Of a DNA stretch of 50,972 nucleotides, positions 1 through 9,633 are shown piece after piece. Positions within the stretch are counted from its first letter, which is position 1. Each line of letters opens with the position of its first letter. A model generated the notes under the pieces. That model made no database searches. It was not told the origin of the DNA and saw only the letters and a list, made by a program, of their open reading frames with translations. The DNA comes from a virus. The translations under genes were made by a program, and so were the position numbers. Location: IMG/VR virus record IMGVR_UViG_3300042975_000098; one strand, given 5' to 3'.

Positions 1-515
1 ATGAGTGAGAACATAACGTCGGCCACGACCGGTGGGGTGTTTTTCTTCGAGGACGTGAGGAGCACGGGGAACAACCAGGTGGTGACCGCCCCGGAGGCGC
101 TGCCCGACCACATCGACCTGTTCATCGCCGGCGGGATCAGCGGCTGTCCGGATTGGCAGCGCGACCTCCTCGCCCTACTGGGCGGCATGGGCATCATCGT
201 GGCGAACCCGAGGAGGGTCGGCCGGTTCGACCCAAGCGACGCCGTGGAGCAGATCGGGTGGGAGCATACCGCGCTGGCCCGTAGCCGGTGCGTGTCGTTC
301 TGGTTCACCGCGGAGACGTTATGCCCGATCGCGCTTCTCGAACTTGGTAAACTGCTCATGCGAACGGACACGGGAACTTCTCGTCGGTTGTGACCCCGGT
401 TATGCGCGAAGATTTGACGTGGTGGCAGCAGACGGCGTTGTCGCGCCCCGACGTCATCGTCCGCGATGGGCTGGCGGCGCTCGCCGGCGACATCATCAGG
501 ACCGTTGGCCGGTAA
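1..515 (+). pseudogene. Nucleoside 2-deoxyribosyltransferase-like protein, two apparent frameshifts (~370, ~428)
   Basis: LFIAGGISGCPDWQ...ANPRR...QIGWEH..FWF..ETLCPIALLELG motif; family-like C-terminus continues in other frames (ELLVGCDPGYARRFDVV, then QTALSRPDVIVRDGLAALAGDIIRTVGR, stop 513-515). Confidence 0.7.
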
Positions 516-539
516 CCGGCGCGGTCGACATGGCCGGCG

Positions 540-585
540 GCTGTAAGCCACGTAGAAGCGTAAAACGACGTTTCGTGATACCACC
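540..585 (-). repeat. One part of a ~135-bp dispersed structured repeat, split by an insertion (intact copy at ~23172-23307)
   Basis: GCTGTAAGCCACGTAGAA...TTTCGTGA matches the reverse complement of ~23269-23307. Confidence 0.85.
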
Positions 586-654
586 CACAGTAAGCAGATA
601 AAATTCCTTGGAATCGACTTGAAGCGTGTGGAGTTGAACGCTTACAAGAAATAC
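583..654 (+). pseudogene. Short orphan fragment of an FtsK-type ATPase gene
   Basis: Translates THSKQIKFLGIDLKRVELNAYKKY versus THAKEIKFLGIDLKRVELSRYKKY in 13856..14824; no start codon context and different synonymous codons. Confidence 0.8.
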
Positions 655-736
655 ATTCACAAGATCAAAGTCTGCCATCACTGATTGATGGCCAAAGAAA
701 TTCGTTAGATACATGGTAGACGAAAGGGGTTCTACT

Positions 737-1525
737 ATGACCGATGGACATGTTAGGATAGGCCAGAAGGCTGATGGCTCATGGAGCGTCTGCAAGGCTA
801 AACCTGAGAATGTTGGTGTGCGGTGTCCACATGGTTCCGGCACGCATATAGAGCATGTGTCGCCTGAACAGTTGATGGCCTTGAATGAGTCTGTCTTCGC
901 AGAACAGAATAATAATGCGACTACTCTATCTAAGAGGCATCATGGGAAGACAGCACGTAAGACAGTTTCACGAGACCTCTCAGCCACGGTGTCTTTCATA
1001 CAGGAACATGAACATGATGGAATGGATCTTACTGATATGCGCACTAAGGCGGCTGCTCTTCATAAGAAGGAGGTCATGTTGGCAGGTGGTTCCGGAGAGG
1101 ACGATTGGGGCCCCTCGGAGGTTCTTTCAACGGTACGCGAGCCTGACGGTGGAGGTACATGGAATCCTGTCACCCAGAAGATGCCGATCGTAGGATTCTG
1201 TTATTCCCCATATCCTGAGTACAGTGAATGCCTGAAGGCTGAGGACGTCACGCTGGAAACATTAGACTCGTATGCTACCGAGCATGCTGACGTTCTTGGG
1301 GAAGATCATCATTTCGTGGGTCTTTGGAACAATCCTGAGGATGGAAACGTGTATTTAGACGTGTCGGTGAACACTGAAGACGCGTCCGAGGCAGCGACTG
1401 GTTGTGAAAACCATGACCAGATCGCCTATTTCGACCTGCAGACGTTCAGTTCGGTAGAAGTGAACAGGTATGCTACATCTGGTCAGGGCGGATTGGATAC
1501 TGTTGACACGTCTACAGCGGAGTGA
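737..1525 (+). CDS. Hypothetical protein with N-terminal Cys/His module (RIGxxADGSxSxCxAKPENVG..C.H..H) and a variable C-terminal domain
   Basis: Long ORF in the lower-GC insert; AGGGG SD before ATG 737 (alternative start 713); N-terminus shared with 3161..4060. Confidence 0.75.
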   Translation: MTDGHVRIGQKADGSWSVCKAKPENVGVRCPHGSGTHIEHVSPEQLMALNESVFAEQNNNATTLSKRHHGKTARKTVSRDLSATVSFIQEHEHDGMDLTDMRTKAAALHKKEVMLAGGSGEDDWGPSEVLSTVREPDGGGTWNPVTQKMPIVGFCYSPYPEYSECLKAEDVTLETLDSYATEHADVLGEDHHFVGLWNNPEDGNVYLDVSVNTEDASEAATGCENHDQIAYFDLQTFSSVEVNRYATSGQGGLDTVDTSTAE

Positions 1526-1576
1526 TATAATGGTGATTGATGTAAGATCTTTATGGGAATCATAAGAGGAGGTTTG

Positions 1577-1801
1577 ATGATGACATCAGGTAATGATAAG
1601 ACATTCGTTGGGGGAATTTCCTCTAGCGATGGTCTCTTAGACAAGTGGAAGCAGATGGTATATGCGGCCAGTCGTATGAGCGGTTATAAGACGACGGCCG
1701 AAGAGGTTAGGAAAGTTGCCGGTAACAGTGGTGTTGAATTGTCTGAGGACGAAGTTCTGAATATTCTTTCGGCCAATGATGAAAACGCCAAGGATCGTTA
1801 A
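1577..1801 (+). CDS. Small acidic hypothetical protein
   Basis: AGGAGG SD upstream; GTGATATAAT -10 at ~1522-1531; followed by a hairpin. Confidence 0.6.
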   Translation: MMTSGNDKTFVGGISSSDGLLDKWKQMVYAASRMSGYKTTAEEVRKVAGNSGVELSEDEVLNILSANDENAKDR

Positions 1802-1823
1802 TATACACACTAGGTGTTTGCCG

Positions 1824-1857
1824 ATGGGGTTCGCATGTTTTTGCGGCCCCATTTATT
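1824..1857 (+). terminator. Putative intrinsic terminator
   Basis: ATGGGGTTCGCA/TGCGGCCCCAT stem followed by TTATT. Confidence 0.45.
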
Positions 1858-1897
1858 ATGAGACGAGGTTGATTGATGGGCATACAACGTTTTGACC

Positions 1898-2284
1898 GGG
1901 GTGGCGGCGCAAGCCCCGTCTTGTAAGACTGGGGTAAGCCGCCATTTTTTGATTAATCACTATTTTCGTGGTAAGATTTAAAGTATGAGCCAGAAGGTAC
2001 GAATCGTCAGAGTCAGGCACACGGGCGCGACCGTGTGCCTTGGCGACGATTCATGCCACAACCATTGCTGGACGCGCAACCCCGAACGCATCATGGACTG
2101 ACTGGCTGTGTGACGATTGGCGCACCCGTTTCAACCAGCATCGGGAGCATCGGGCCATCCGCCGCTACATGGGGGATATGGAATCCCATGAGCGCATGTG
2201 GGTGGACGTCCCCTTGGGCGGGGCGGCCGTTGGGGAGCCATGCAAGGACAGTGAGGCCCGAACCCGGTGTTCTTGGCTCGCATG
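1898..2284 (+). mobile_element. tnpB: Truncated copy (left end plus tnpB 5' part) of the IS200/IS605-family element at 12138-13744
   Basis: Near-identical to the reverse complement of ~13361-13744, including the left-end hairpin GCCCCGTCTTGTAAGACTGGGG; preceded by TTGAC; ATG at 1985; 4-bp duplication frameshift near 2100; ends abruptly at 2284. Confidence 0.9.
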
Positions 2285-2379
2285 CCACCATCGAAAACGC
2301 CGTTTTTCGCGCGGCGCCGAGAAAATACGCTCACACGTCAAGTGTTTGCTTGCCGTATGAACGTAATCGACGTAGAGCG
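2285..2379 (-). repeat. Other part of the split dispersed repeat
   Basis: ATCGAAAACGCCGTTTTT...GAAAATACGCTCACACGTCAAG.GTTTGCTT.CCGTATGA.CGTAATCGACGTAGAGCG matches the reverse complement of 23172-23261. Confidence 0.9.
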
Positions 2380-2942
2380 GGCAGAATCGTGTCGGTCCTG
2401 CCCGGATTCGAGAACGACAGGCCGGCGGTCGCCGGCGACAGGTCGCCATCGATGAGCGCCGACCATGATCGGCGCCGCTCCGCCCATGCCGCGCCGTCCA
2501 CGCCGGCGGGGCGGTCGGCGTTATCCCAGTACCCGTACTCGTCAGCGAGCGCGGAGGCCAGCAGGGGTTCCAGATAGGAGGAATCCCCAGTGAACAGCAT
2601 GCCGAGTATTCCCCCGCCGACCCGGCCGTTCTCGATGAGAGTGACGTCGTACATGATGTCGGCATCCGTGAGCATGCGCTCGCGCCGATCGTGAAGCCCT
2701 TGTACACGATCGTACAGTCTTGTTGCCAGCGACAGCCCGCCAGACGGCAGCGGTTCGTCATCATCCATGAAGTAGCATGGCAGCGAACTCCATGAGGAGT
2801 CGGCGGGCAGCGACTGGTAGCGTCGGAGTATCTCGTCGAACCGTTCGAGGAACATCCGGTCGAGCAGCGGGCGCAGGTCGCGCATGGTCTCGAACGGGTC
2901 GGCGTGGTTGGTGATGAACGCGTTGCCGATGACCACGGACAT
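2331..2942 (-). CDS. Hypothetical protein
   Basis: GAAAGAAGG SD before ATG 2942; GC3-rich codons; C-terminus runs into the dispersed repeat. Confidence 0.65.
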   Translation of the reverse strand: MSVVIGNAFITNHADPFETMRDLRPLLDRMFLERFDEILRRYQSLPADSSWSSLPCYFMDDDEPLPSGGLSLATRLYDRVQGLHDRRERMLTDADIMYDVTLIENGRVGGGILGMLFTGDSSYLEPLLASALADEYGYWDNADRPAGVDGAAWAERRRSWSALIDGDLSPATAGLSFSNPGRTDTILPALRRLRSYGKQTLDV

Positions 2943-3160
2943 GGTTGCCTTCTTTCTGTCGAACTTCCCGCCAGTGGCTCGATGGCCGATTCGCGTCGCC
3001 TTATGGTTTCCGCGAGCCGATCATCGCCATCTGCGGCCGTTCGAGAATAATTATACGGCGTCGATACCATCATACGCCGACGCTCGGGTATACGCTCGCG
3101 CAGCGGCGTGTTGACGGTTAGATATAACGGTTAGAGGAACTTAACAACATGGAGGACATC

Positions 3161-4060
3161 ATGGCAAGCACGACCTATCGCATCGGCACGAACGCGGACG
3201 GTTCACATTCCATCTGCCGAGCCAAACCGGAGAACGTCGGCAAGGGACGCTGCCATCACACGGAGCACAGGACCATGACCGGCGACCAGTGGGAGCGCAC
3301 GCAGGAGCAGGATGCCGCGAGGACCGCCGCCCGGGGAACCACGCCGACCACCATCCATAAGAAGACGAGCCGACCACGCCCGTTGAAGGTCATCCCGGAA
3401 AGCGAGTTCAACAAGGAGTACATCACACTGCTCGACCCGCTCACCGGTAAAGATGTCGAATCGATGTCAGGTGACGATGCGGTCAGGGACCTGCCACGCG
3501 GCGAGTACCTGTGTTATTACAATGAGCGGCGGAGAATCAGTACGCATGACATGGTTGCACGCGCGCTGGCAGGGCAGCATCCCAATGAGGAGGATTCCAT
3601 CGACCGCGCCTGCAAACTGGTGGTCGGCGACAACGGGTTCGTCCGCGCCGAAGCGTACCGGTTCGACAAGGAGCGCGCCACGACGATACCGCTTTCCGAT
3701 GATGACGGCGGCATGCGCGAGCGTCTCGCAAGCATCGACGGCGCCGCGTCGGCGCTTGACGAATCGGCTCGTATTATTCGCGAGAGCAGTCGCGAGGACC
3801 GCGAGGAAGCGTCAAGGGAGTACTCGCGGGTGGCGGATGAGATTCGCGATACCATCGGCCCGCTGGATCGCAGGCGCGGGTCCGCGGATGACATTCACAG
3901 CGTGCTCGCCGCGCACGATCTCGTCAATAAGTTCCGCGATGCGAGCGATGATTATGAGTATGATGCCGATGTCGCCGATGACGATGAGCGCGAGCACTAC
4001 CAGTTGATGGCATCCGTGTACTCGTCGGCCGCCGACGCTCTGGAGGAGGCGTTCGAGTAG
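3161..4060 (+). CDS. Hypothetical protein with the same N-terminal Cys/His module as 737..1525
   Basis: GGAGG SD; MASTTYRIGTNADGSHSICRAKPENVGKGRCHHTEH; acidic helical C-terminus. Confidence 0.75.
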   Translation: MASTTYRIGTNADGSHSICRAKPENVGKGRCHHTEHRTMTGDQWERTQEQDAARTAARGTTPTTIHKKTSRPRPLKVIPESEFNKEYITLLDPLTGKDVESMSGDDAVRDLPRGEYLCYYNERRRISTHDMVARALAGQHPNEEDSIDRACKLVVGDNGFVRAEAYRFDKERATTIPLSDDDGGMRERLASIDGAASALDESARIIRESSREDREEASREYSRVADEIRDTIGPLDRRRGSADDIHSVLAAHDLVNKFRDASDDYEYDADVADDDEREHYQLMASVYSSAADALEEAFE

Positions 4061-4067
4061 CGGTGCG

Positions 4068-4517
4068 TTAGAGAACTGGACCCGCGGGCACGGCACCGCC
4101 CTCTGAGCCGTCATCGTCAACGACCGCGGCCTCGCCACCATTCTTAGTCGGCTCTTCCGATATCGCCGTTGATGCCTCCGCGTCATCGTCGTCGACGGTG
4201 GCGGCCTCGTAGATCACGTGGAGACGTCTGGCCAGCAGTTCGGTTCGCATGCGCTCGAAGGCGAGCCTGCCCGTGAACGCTTCGAGAACGCCGGTCAGCC
4301 CATGCTCGGCGGCGAGGAACGCGGCGGCGTCCGTAGGCGGCAGCGTCATCGATGAGATGGTGACGCTGCCGCCCCATATCTCGGCGTTCACGTCCGCGCG
4401 TTCCATGTCCATGATGCGCAGGGAGCCGTCCGCCGCCGGTTCAAGCCATATCGACGTGTCGCCGTCATCCGACTCGTAGACGCGGACCATCCGGTCGCCA
4501 TCGCCCAGCGGAGTCAT
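4068..4517 (-). CDS. Hypothetical protein
   Basis: ATGA overlap with upstream 4514..5221. Confidence 0.6.
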   Translation of the reverse strand: MTPLGDGDRMVRVYESDDGDTSIWLEPAADGSLRIMDMERADVNAEIWGGSVTISSMTLPPTDAAAFLAAEHGLTGVLEAFTGRLAFERMRTELLARRLHVIYEAATVDDDDAEASTAISEEPTKNGGEAAVVDDDGSEGGAVPAGPVL

Positions 4518-5221
4518 ACGATGGCCCCGTTCGAGTCCGGCGCGTCCCGGCCGTCGCCGACCTTCTTCGACCGATGGAACAGGGCGGCGGCGAACGCCAG
4601 CATGAAGCCGCCGACCACTATGGCGGCTCCGATGCCCACGGTCATGGAGAGGCGGCGCGACCTGTGCTGCGCGTCGTTCGCGACGGCCGCGCGTATGCCC
4701 GGCTTCAGGGACTCCATCGTCGAACCCGCAGTGCCGCCCTTCACCTGCCTGGCGGCGAGGTTAGGCTCCACTGCCTTGCCGAACGCTTTTGTCATACCCT
4801 CGTCGGTGCCGTTGGTGACGTATCCGATTCGCCCCTTCGTCGTCTTGTACACGATGACCATGAGACCGTACTGCGTCTTGTCGAGCATGGACGTGTCCTT
4901 GAAATAGGCGTCGATAAGCGAGCGCATGCCCGCGTCATCCTTCGACGTGTCCATGACGATGATCTTCCCGTGGCCCTCGAAGCCCGATTCGCTGACGAAA
5001 CGCGTGAACGACGCGCGCTCACCGAATCCCACGAGGTGACGGTCGCCGACAACGCAGAACGACGAGTCCCTCATACACGACATGAGATCGCCCGCGCTCT
5101 TCGCCAGCGAGTCCGCAGTCGCAGCCGAAGCGGGCGCCGCGGGCAGAGCGGCCGCGATCATGACGATGATGGTAAGCAGCATGGCCGACACGCCGGCCCA
5201 TGACCTTCTGATGGTATCCAT
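4514..5221 (-). CDS. Secreted/membrane-anchored protein (signal peptide plus C-terminal TM helix)
   Basis: Hydrophobic N-terminus ending in ASA-ATA; C-terminal TM followed by HRSKK. Confidence 0.7.
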   Translation of the reverse strand: MDTIRRSWAGVSAMLLTIIVMIAAALPAAPASAATADSLAKSAGDLMSCMRDSSFCVVGDRHLVGFGERASFTRFVSESGFEGHGKIIVMDTSKDDAGMRSLIDAYFKDTSMLDKTQYGLMVIVYKTTKGRIGYVTNGTDEGMTKAFGKAVEPNLAARQVKGGTAGSTMESLKPGIRAAVANDAQHRSRRLSMTVGIGAAIVVGGFMLAFAAALFHRSKKVGDGRDAPDSNGAIV

Positions 5222-5228
5222 GCGGGCA

Positions 5229-6461
5229 TTATACCGCGTGCCCGACGCTCATGGACGCGAGCATGGCCGTGAGCGACGCGACGTCGCCATGCGCCCCGTA
5301 CCGCCCGCACTCCGTCGGCGAGCCGTTCACGATGGCCCGCGGCCAGTCGACGTCGAGCGCGGCCGGGTCCACGCCCTCGGCGATGGCGGCCGCGTACAGC
5401 CCCGCGATGACGCGGAAGCGCTCGGAACGTCGACAACGGGCGGCGATGCCGTTGTCGACGTGAGCCACCGGCGCCGACGTCAACTGGCGAACCCACTGGC
5501 GACGCTCCCTGTACGGTTTCATGACACTCGATGACGGTCGCGGCCGCAGACCGTGGGCACGGAGCCAATCGGACACGGGGATACGGCGTGATATCGCTGC
5601 CCTCATCGCCGCGTCACCGTGTTCGGCGCGGTATGAGCACGGGTCGGCCCCGTCAGGAATGTCCACGATGAGCACGTCATCATCGGGGTAGCGTCCCATG
5701 TACGTGGCGACGCCCTCACGCCCCGCGTCATCGGAATCGGGGACGATGGTCAGCGGGCGGTCGCCGGCGATGCGCTTGATCTCATCGTGATTCTCGGCCA
5801 TGATGTTGTCGCACCCGTTCGCCGACACGGCGGCGATGCCGGCGAGATCGCAGGCGATGGCGTCGAACTGGCCCTCGACGAGCACGCACCCGTCGCCGGC
5901 GACCGTCCGCGATACCCCGCCGTAGAACAGGTCCTGACGTCGGGCGAACCCCCAGCGCAGATGCGATGACGTGTACTTCCTGCGGTCGTCGTCGAAGGAC
6001 CGCGCCCAGATGCGTTCCACACGCCCATCGTGCTCGATGGCGATGGTGAGCCGGTCCGTCAGCGGTGAGAACAGGAGTCTCTCGTCAAGCGTGCCCGCGT
6101 CCACGATACCGGCCATCAGCAGGTCGAGGTCGGTGAACCCGTGCGACCGGGCGGCGGCGAGAATCGCGCCGAGTCCGGGAGCCCACCCGAGCCGGCGGTC
6201 GCGGGCGGGTATGCGCCGGCGTTCGAGGTCGATTCGCGCGCGATGACCCGCGGGCAGCGCCATCAGATTGGCGTGGAGCCAGTCGGCGAACCAGCCGAGG
6301 ACGATGAGGGCGCGCTCGCCACTCATGTCCTCCAGACACGCCTGCGGCATCGTCGGCGTTCCGTCATCCTCGGATGCTCGCTCGACCACGTGCCCGTCGC
6401 CCGTGATGCGGATGCGATGGCGTGGCCCCGTTCCCCATGTCCTGATGTCCATACGCCCCAT
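5229..6461 (-). CDS. DnaG-like TOPRIM primase lacking the CHC2 zinc finger
   Basis: VLVEGQFDAIA, LTIVPDSDDAGREG and IPDGADPCSY TOPRIM motifs. Confidence 0.75.
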   Translation of the reverse strand: MGRMDIRTWGTGPRHRIRITGDGHVVERASEDDGTPTMPQACLEDMSGERALIVLGWFADWLHANLMALPAGHRARIDLERRRIPARDRRLGWAPGLGAILAAARSHGFTDLDLLMAGIVDAGTLDERLLFSPLTDRLTIAIEHDGRVERIWARSFDDDRRKYTSSHLRWGFARRQDLFYGGVSRTVAGDGCVLVEGQFDAIACDLAGIAAVSANGCDNIMAENHDEIKRIAGDRPLTIVPDSDDAGREGVATYMGRYPDDDVLIVDIPDGADPCSYRAEHGDAAMRAAISRRIPVSDWLRAHGLRPRPSSSVMKPYRERRQWVRQLTSAPVAHVDNGIAARCRRSERFRVIAGLYAAAIAEGVDPAALDVDWPRAIVNGSPTECGRYGAHGDVASLTAMLASMSVGHAV

Positions 6462-6520
6462 GATAGCCCTCGCCGCCGACCGACTCGCCGTAAACCACCC
6501 GTCATCGATATGACGATGGC

Positions 6521-7204
6521 ATGGACGATGATGACGATGGCAGGGCGCTGATGATACGCGACATGAGCAGGACGTACCCGGGTGAGGGCCGGCCCGCGCT
6601 CGATCACGTGAGCATGGACGTCGCCGCCGGCGAGTTCGTGGCGATCATGGGGGCTTCGGGCTCCGGCAAGTCCACGCTGTTGAGATGCGCGTCGAGTCTT
6701 GACGCGCCGGACCCCGGGTACGGCGCCGTGCGCGTGTTCGGGGTGGACGTGCCGGCCATGAGCGCCGGCGACCGCCAGCGGTTCCGCGCGCGCACAGTCG
6801 GGTTCGCGTTCCAGTCCTATGACCTCATCCCCGTGCTCAGCGCCCGGGAGAACATCATCATGGTCAGCGGCATGACCGGCGAGCCCGCGGACGGCGCGTG
6901 GCTCGCCGAGGTCGCCGACAGGTTCGGCATCACCGGGATACTCGATAAGATGCCTTCCGAACTCTCGGGCGGCGAGGCGCAGCGGGTGTCGATAGCGCGC
7001 GCCATCATCCGCCGTCCTCGCATCCTGTTCGCCGACGAGCCGACGGGCGCGCTCGACGCCGGCTCGTCGGCCACGGTCATGGGACTCATCCGCGCGTTGT
7101 GCGACGACGAGGCCATGACCGTGGTCATGGTCACCCACGACCCGCTCATGGCCGCCTACGCGGACAGGACGGTCAGGCTCGCCGACGGGTCGATCGCATC
7201 ATGA
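6521..7204 (+). CDS. ABC transporter ATP-binding protein (LolD/MacB-like)
   Basis: GASGSGKST, LSGGEAQR, LFADEPTGALD, VTHD. Confidence 0.95.
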   Translation: MDDDDDGRALMIRDMSRTYPGEGRPALDHVSMDVAAGEFVAIMGASGSGKSTLLRCASSLDAPDPGYGAVRVFGVDVPAMSAGDRQRFRARTVGFAFQSYDLIPVLSARENIIMVSGMTGEPADGAWLAEVADRFGITGILDKMPSELSGGEAQRVSIARAIIRRPRILFADEPTGALDAGSSATVMGLIRALCDDEAMTVVMVTHDPLMAAYADRTVRLADGSIAS

Positions 7205-9021
7205 GCGGCGTGGCCCTCGGCGCGGCGGCCCGGCTGGCGGCGCGCGAACTCGCGGCGAACCGGGGGAGGTTCGCCCTCGCCTTCACGTCGATCATGCTCG
7301 GCTGCTCCATGAGCGCGGCCACGCTCAGCATCATGGGCAGCGTCCCCCAGTACGCGGCGCTGCTCATCGCCACGAGCATCGGCGCGGTGCTGACGAGCAT
7401 GCTCACCATCAGGCAGGCCATGGACGCCGCCATCGAGTCGAGCGCCCGCGATTACGCCATCGTCATGCGACTGGGCTCTCCGACGTGGTTCGTGCCCGCG
7501 GTCGTGGTCATGGAGACGGGCGCGGTGTCGCTCGCCGCGTCGACGCTCGGAGCCGTCATGGGCTGGAACATGGCCGTGATCCTCTCATGGCTGCTCGGCT
7601 CCTGGTTCTCGGGGTTCACGCTCAACGCCGTGCTGAACCCGTGGCTGCTCGTCATGGCCGCGGCCGTCAGCGTCATCGCGTCCATGCTCGCCTCAGCTGA
7701 GTCGGTGAGAACCGCGTCCGGGGCGGGTCGCAGCACCAGCGTCGGCCATGACCACTGGGCGACCGCCGTCATCCCCGTGGCGTCCACGCTGACCATCGCC
7801 GTCGGCGTGAACCTCGCGCACGGTGCCCCGCGGTCGCTCCGCATTATGGCCATCATCCTGCTCATGGCGGCCGTGTACCGCGCCGGCCCGTTCATCGTCT
7901 CGACCACGCTGGCCGCGTGCTCTCGCCTCGCCGGCCGCCGGCGGGTGAACGCGTGGGCTCTCGCGTTCCGCACCATGTCGAACGATCTCCACGCCACGGT
8001 CATGTCCACGATGGTGTACGGCTCATGCATCATGCTGGTGGCCTTCGGCAGCGTCGCCGCGGCATCGCGGGCCGGGTTCCTCACCACGACCATACAGCAG
8101 TCGATCGACGCCGATGGCATCGTGTACCAGTTGGATGACGCCGCCGGACCGGTGCGGGCGCTGCGGGCGGATGCCAGCGTCGCCGGCGCGGCGACCATGG
8201 AAAGCTGGCGCACCGGCTCCGGGAACAACGAGGTCAGGACGTTCGGCGTCAGCAACGACGTGTTCGACCATGTGCTCCGTGACGCCAAGGCCGCGTCCGA
8301 CATCCGCGCCGGCGGGACCGTCGCCGGCGCCGTGCTGGCGAAACGCATGGGCTGGGGCGTCGGCACGGTCGTGCGACTCGCCGACGACCGATCTCACGCG
8401 ACATACACGATAACGGGGCTGACCTCGCAGCCGATACTCTCGACGTCGCTCATGGTGCCCGCGGATCGTCTGCCGTCCAGCGTCCACGGTTTCACGATGA
8501 TCTACCTCGTGTACGAGCGCGGGCACGGGAGCGGGTTCGACCATGATGCGGTCACGCGCGGCATCGAACGCCGCCATGACGTCGTGGTGGCCGGGAAGAC
8601 GGACATGGCGAAGGCGTACACGATGCCGTTATACGAGGGGCTGCTCGCCTTCTACGGCCTCGTGTCCATGCTCATCACCATCTCCCTGTTCGGTATCATG
8701 GCTGCGTCGACGCTGATGACGATCCGCCGGCGATCCGATTTCGAGACGATGGCGCGACTGGGATGCCCGTCGAACTCCATGCGGGCGATGCTGGCGGCGC
8801 GCTCGCTCACCCCGTCCGTGCTTGGCAGTCTCATCGGGGCGGTCGCGGGGACCGTGGCCGGCGTCCTGTACTCGGCGGGCGCGGGCTGGGGTTGGGTCAT
8901 GCCATGGGTACAAGTGGTATGGCTGGTGCTCGTCAGCGCGATGTTCGGTCTCGTGGCGTCGGCTCCATCGGCGACGATGCTCATTCGCTCCCTGTACCGA
9001 ACGGGTTCGGCCGGCGCATGA
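7201..9021 (+). CDS. FtsX-like ABC permease
   Basis: ATGA overlap with the ATPase; multiple TM segments; RDYAIVMRLG and RRSDFETMARLG FtsX-type motifs. Confidence 0.85.
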   Translation: MSGVALGAAARLAARELAANRGRFALAFTSIMLGCSMSAATLSIMGSVPQYAALLIATSIGAVLTSMLTIRQAMDAAIESSARDYAIVMRLGSPTWFVPAVVVMETGAVSLAASTLGAVMGWNMAVILSWLLGSWFSGFTLNAVLNPWLLVMAAAVSVIASMLASAESVRTASGAGRSTSVGHDHWATAVIPVASTLTIAVGVNLAHGAPRSLRIMAIILLMAAVYRAGPFIVSTTLAACSRLAGRRRVNAWALAFRTMSNDLHATVMSTMVYGSCIMLVAFGSVAAASRAGFLTTTIQQSIDADGIVYQLDDAAGPVRALRADASVAGAATMESWRTGSGNNEVRTFGVSNDVFDHVLRDAKAASDIRAGGTVAGAVLAKRMGWGVGTVVRLADDRSHATYTITGLTSQPILSTSLMVPADRLPSSVHGFTMIYLVYERGHGSGFDHDAVTRGIERRHDVVVAGKTDMAKAYTMPLYEGLLAFYGLVSMLITISLFGIMAASTLMTIRRRSDFETMARLGCPSNSMRAMLAARSLTPSVLGSLIGAVAGTVAGVLYSAGAGWGWVMPWVQVVWLVLVSAMFGLVASAPSATMLIRSLYRTGSAGA

Positions 9022-9232
9022 CCAGCAGCGTGTCCAGTCCCCGTCGAAGCTGCCCGTTCTCGAAGGCGGCGAGGGTCCTCGCGGCCGACATGAGCGCGGC
9101 GCGGGCGTCCTCGTCATCGGTTCGCCGTGCGGCGGCGCGCGCCTGCGCCGACGTGATGAGTGGTTCGTTCATGACCGGGGAATATAGCGGGCGTCGGTTC
9201 ACGATATTCGATTGGCGACATTGGAGGTCTTA

Positions 9233-9511
9233 ATGGCAAAAGGCAAGCACGCGCCGTCGGCGCTGGTCCAGGTGCTCGATGCGATGTTGCTCACGTTCAA
9301 CGCCATCATCATCGTGGCCGCGATAACCGCCATCACGCTCATGATCGTCGTGTGGCGCTCCGGCGGCGCCATCAGCGGCGGGCAGTTGCTCGTGTTCGCC
9401 GGCATCCTGCTGGCCGGGCTTCTGCTCGCGGGCGCGGAGGTGCTGCTGAGACGCGCCGTGGAGCGCATCCACGCGGCCGGCAACCGCCCGCAGTCGCATC
9501 GCCAGCGCTGA
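9233..9511 (+). CDS. Small two-TM membrane protein
   Basis: GATATT at 9203, GGAGG SD, two hydrophobic helices. Confidence 0.6.
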   Translation: MAKGKHAPSALVQVLDAMLLTFNAIIIVAAITAITLMIVVWRSGGAISGGQLLVFAGILLAGLLLAGAEVLLRRAVERIHAAGNRPQSHRQR

Positions 9512-9633
9512 CGGCGGCGCGACCGACTGCCGACGGTAGACGAGGATGGCATCGTGCGCGACGCCGATCGCGGATTCGACGTGATATTCCCGTTCATGGC
9601 AAGAACACCGGCATACTGGATGGGGAGTTTAAT

